Source: an uncultured Planctomycetaceae bacterium
GTDB taxonomy: Bacteria; Planctomycetota; Planctomycetia; Pirellulales; Pirellulaceae
Reading direction: 5' to 3'
Assembly: GCA_963776055.1 (NCBI GenBank)
Contig: CAVZLD010000005.1
Location: forward strand, 121,685 to 185,684
Length of the DNA stretch: 64,000 nt
Under the pieces are notes generated by a model. The model searched no databases and had not been told where the DNA came from. It saw nothing but the letters and a program-made list of their open reading frames with translations. This document shows, piece after piece, positions 62,646 to 64,000 of the stretch (its first letter is position 1; each line of letters starts with the position of its first letter). Both the position numbers and the translations under genes were made by a program.

Positions 62646-63953
62646 TCACGGATCAAGCGACCGGTCAGCGTTCCTGAGTTGGACCCATCGATCGCGTTTG
62701 GGTGTTGCCCTGTTCCTGGTGGTCATGGCGACCGTTTTCGGCGGGTTCGCCGACGGACTGATCCAGCGGGAATGAGCGACGGGGGGACCCACGAGGGCAA
62801 ACGGGGCCCACCAGTTGGGCTCACTGGTATTCGTGTTCCTCTGCGTATCTTCCATCGCCTCTTTCAGCACGTGCGCGTAGTCCACTTTTTCGCCAGCATC
62901 AGCTCGGCGTTTGATGTTCGAGAGCAATCGCTGGACGATCGGTCTTGGAACGCGATCCGGAACGTCCCAAAAGGTGGCGATGACGCGAGACGCCCCGGCC
63001 ACCAGGAACGCCCTCGCCAGTGACTGACCATTGTCCAGTCGCGTGGGGGACCCGCGTTGCGTACTGCACGAAAACAGCAGGGCTGCCTCGCAGCCTTGCA
63101 GATTGAGACGAAGGATCTCGGGAAGCGCCAAGTCTCCTCGATTCGTGTCGGGCCAACTCGTGGCAGTGACGGCGTCCAAGTGTCGCCCGCGCGAAGGACG
63201 CCGGAACAGCGTCAGCCCGCCGGTGATGTTGTCGGCAGTCGGCCGTACCTCGGCATGGTCGGCGAAGTAGAGTAAACGGCATTCCTGGGCGTATCGCATC
63301 AAGAGTCCTTTGGTTGCACGCGGGCCAACCAACAGCGGAGTGACGATTTGGTCCGCAAAATGCTGGGCCACGAGTTGGCACTCCTGTCGCGCGTGCTTCA
63401 GCTCGGGACTGACTGCCCCGATCGCGACCACACGATTCGCAGGGACGCGATGGCGACTGCGGGAATGCAGAAGATCCAGGACTTGGAGGGACGGAGCGTA
63501 GCAGATCGGCGGGAAGAGGTTCAGGACGTATTTCGGCCCATCGGGCGGGCTAGATCGCCGCGTTGGGGATCGAATTGGCAGCGCGGCGAAAGGTAAGGAT
63601 TGGAGGTAGGGGTCGGCCACTATGATCGTGTGTTGGTATCGCAATGGTTGTTGGCGGATCTGACTGACAACGGCCTCTGGCAACAGCAGATTGCTCAAGA
63701 CATACGCCTGTTCGGCGCCAAATGCTCGAAGAGAGTAGCCTTTTCGCGGCTGCAACTTGCCTAGTCGGACAACTCTGCCGGGACCGGGCCGCGGTTTTTC
63801 CGGAGCCGGATCTGCTTTGGCGATATTCGACGCAAGCTGGTGCTCCGATGTCGTCGCACGTCGAATCTCTGTGGAAGAGAATTGGATCAGATCGATATAC
63901 GCGTTGACCAAACGCTCGGCCATGGATCGCGTCAGACCGACCGTCGTTTGCAT
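62646..63953 (-). CDS. CHAT-domain (caspase-like) protein; N-terminus may extend beyond the window end
   Basis: The His and Cys dyad region reads LLYFADHAEV ... ALLFSCSTQRG, as in CHAT/caspase folds. Its stop lies 10 nt upstream of the ECF sigma start. Confidence 0.65.
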   Translation of the reverse strand: MQTTVGLTRSMAERLVNAYIDLIQFSSTEIRRATTSEHQLASNIAKADPAPEKPRPGPGRVVRLGKLQPRKGYSLRAFGAEQAYVLSNLLLPEAVVSQIRQQPLRYQHTIIVADPYLQSLPFAALPIRSPTRRSSPPDGPKYVLNLFPPICYAPSLQVLDLLHSRSRHRVPANRVVAIGAVSPELKHARQECQLVAQHFADQIVTPLLVGPRATKGLLMRYAQECRLLYFADHAEVRPTADNITGGLTLFRRPSRGRHLDAVTATSWPDTNRGDLALPEILRLNLQGCEAALLFSCSTQRGSPTRLDNGQSLARAFLVAGASRVIATFWDVPDRVPRPIVQRLLSNIKRRADAGEKVDYAHVLKEAMEDTQRNTNTSEPNWWAPFALVGPPVAHSRWISPSANPPKTVAMTTRNRATPKRDRWVQLRNADRSLDP

Positions 63954-64000
63954 CGGGTGACGAAAAAGGACACGACTCTGCTGGGGAGTGATGGTTAGTG

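Overview
This is a GC-rich (~60%) bacterial chromosomal window. Its gene content suggests Planctomycetota, which is an inference I could not confirm by search: a long T2SS-like cluster, ECF sigma factors, Ser/Thr kinases, CHAT and vWA proteins, and long intergenic regions. The dominant feature is a ~23 kb type II secretion-like locus (6622-30420). It opens with a giant ~2,440-aa exported protein built from a secretin N0-like domain followed by roughly 30 tandem secretin_N (N1-like) modules, with no pore domain. That gene is followed by gspE, gspF, gspG, four minor pseudopilin-like genes, gspL-like and gspM-like genes, an 830-bp repeat-rich spacer, a bona fide GspD secretin carrying the C-terminal pore domain, and an overlapping lipoprotein (candidate pilotin). 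The prepilin peptidase lies elsewhere (35354-36298). The flanks carry a partial ilvC, a sugar-catabolic pair (aldolase-like domain fused to a PfkB kinase, plus a xylose-isomerase-like TIM barrel), an Eis-like GNAT, a flotillin-NfeD operon, pepA, a LOG-family protein, a YacL-like PIN/TRAM protein, a dGTPase-like HD protein, uvrA, an orphan hypB-F-C-D-E hydrogenase-maturation operon, a Ser/Thr kinase with a pseudo-receiver, UDG family 4, der, and a CHAT protease next to an ECF sigma factor. Caveat: at least a dozen genes are interrupted by apparent single-base frameshifts, including one compensating double shift that restores a canonical motif. This points to indel errors in the assembly rather than real pseudogenes. 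Coordinates of frameshifted genes are therefore approximate.
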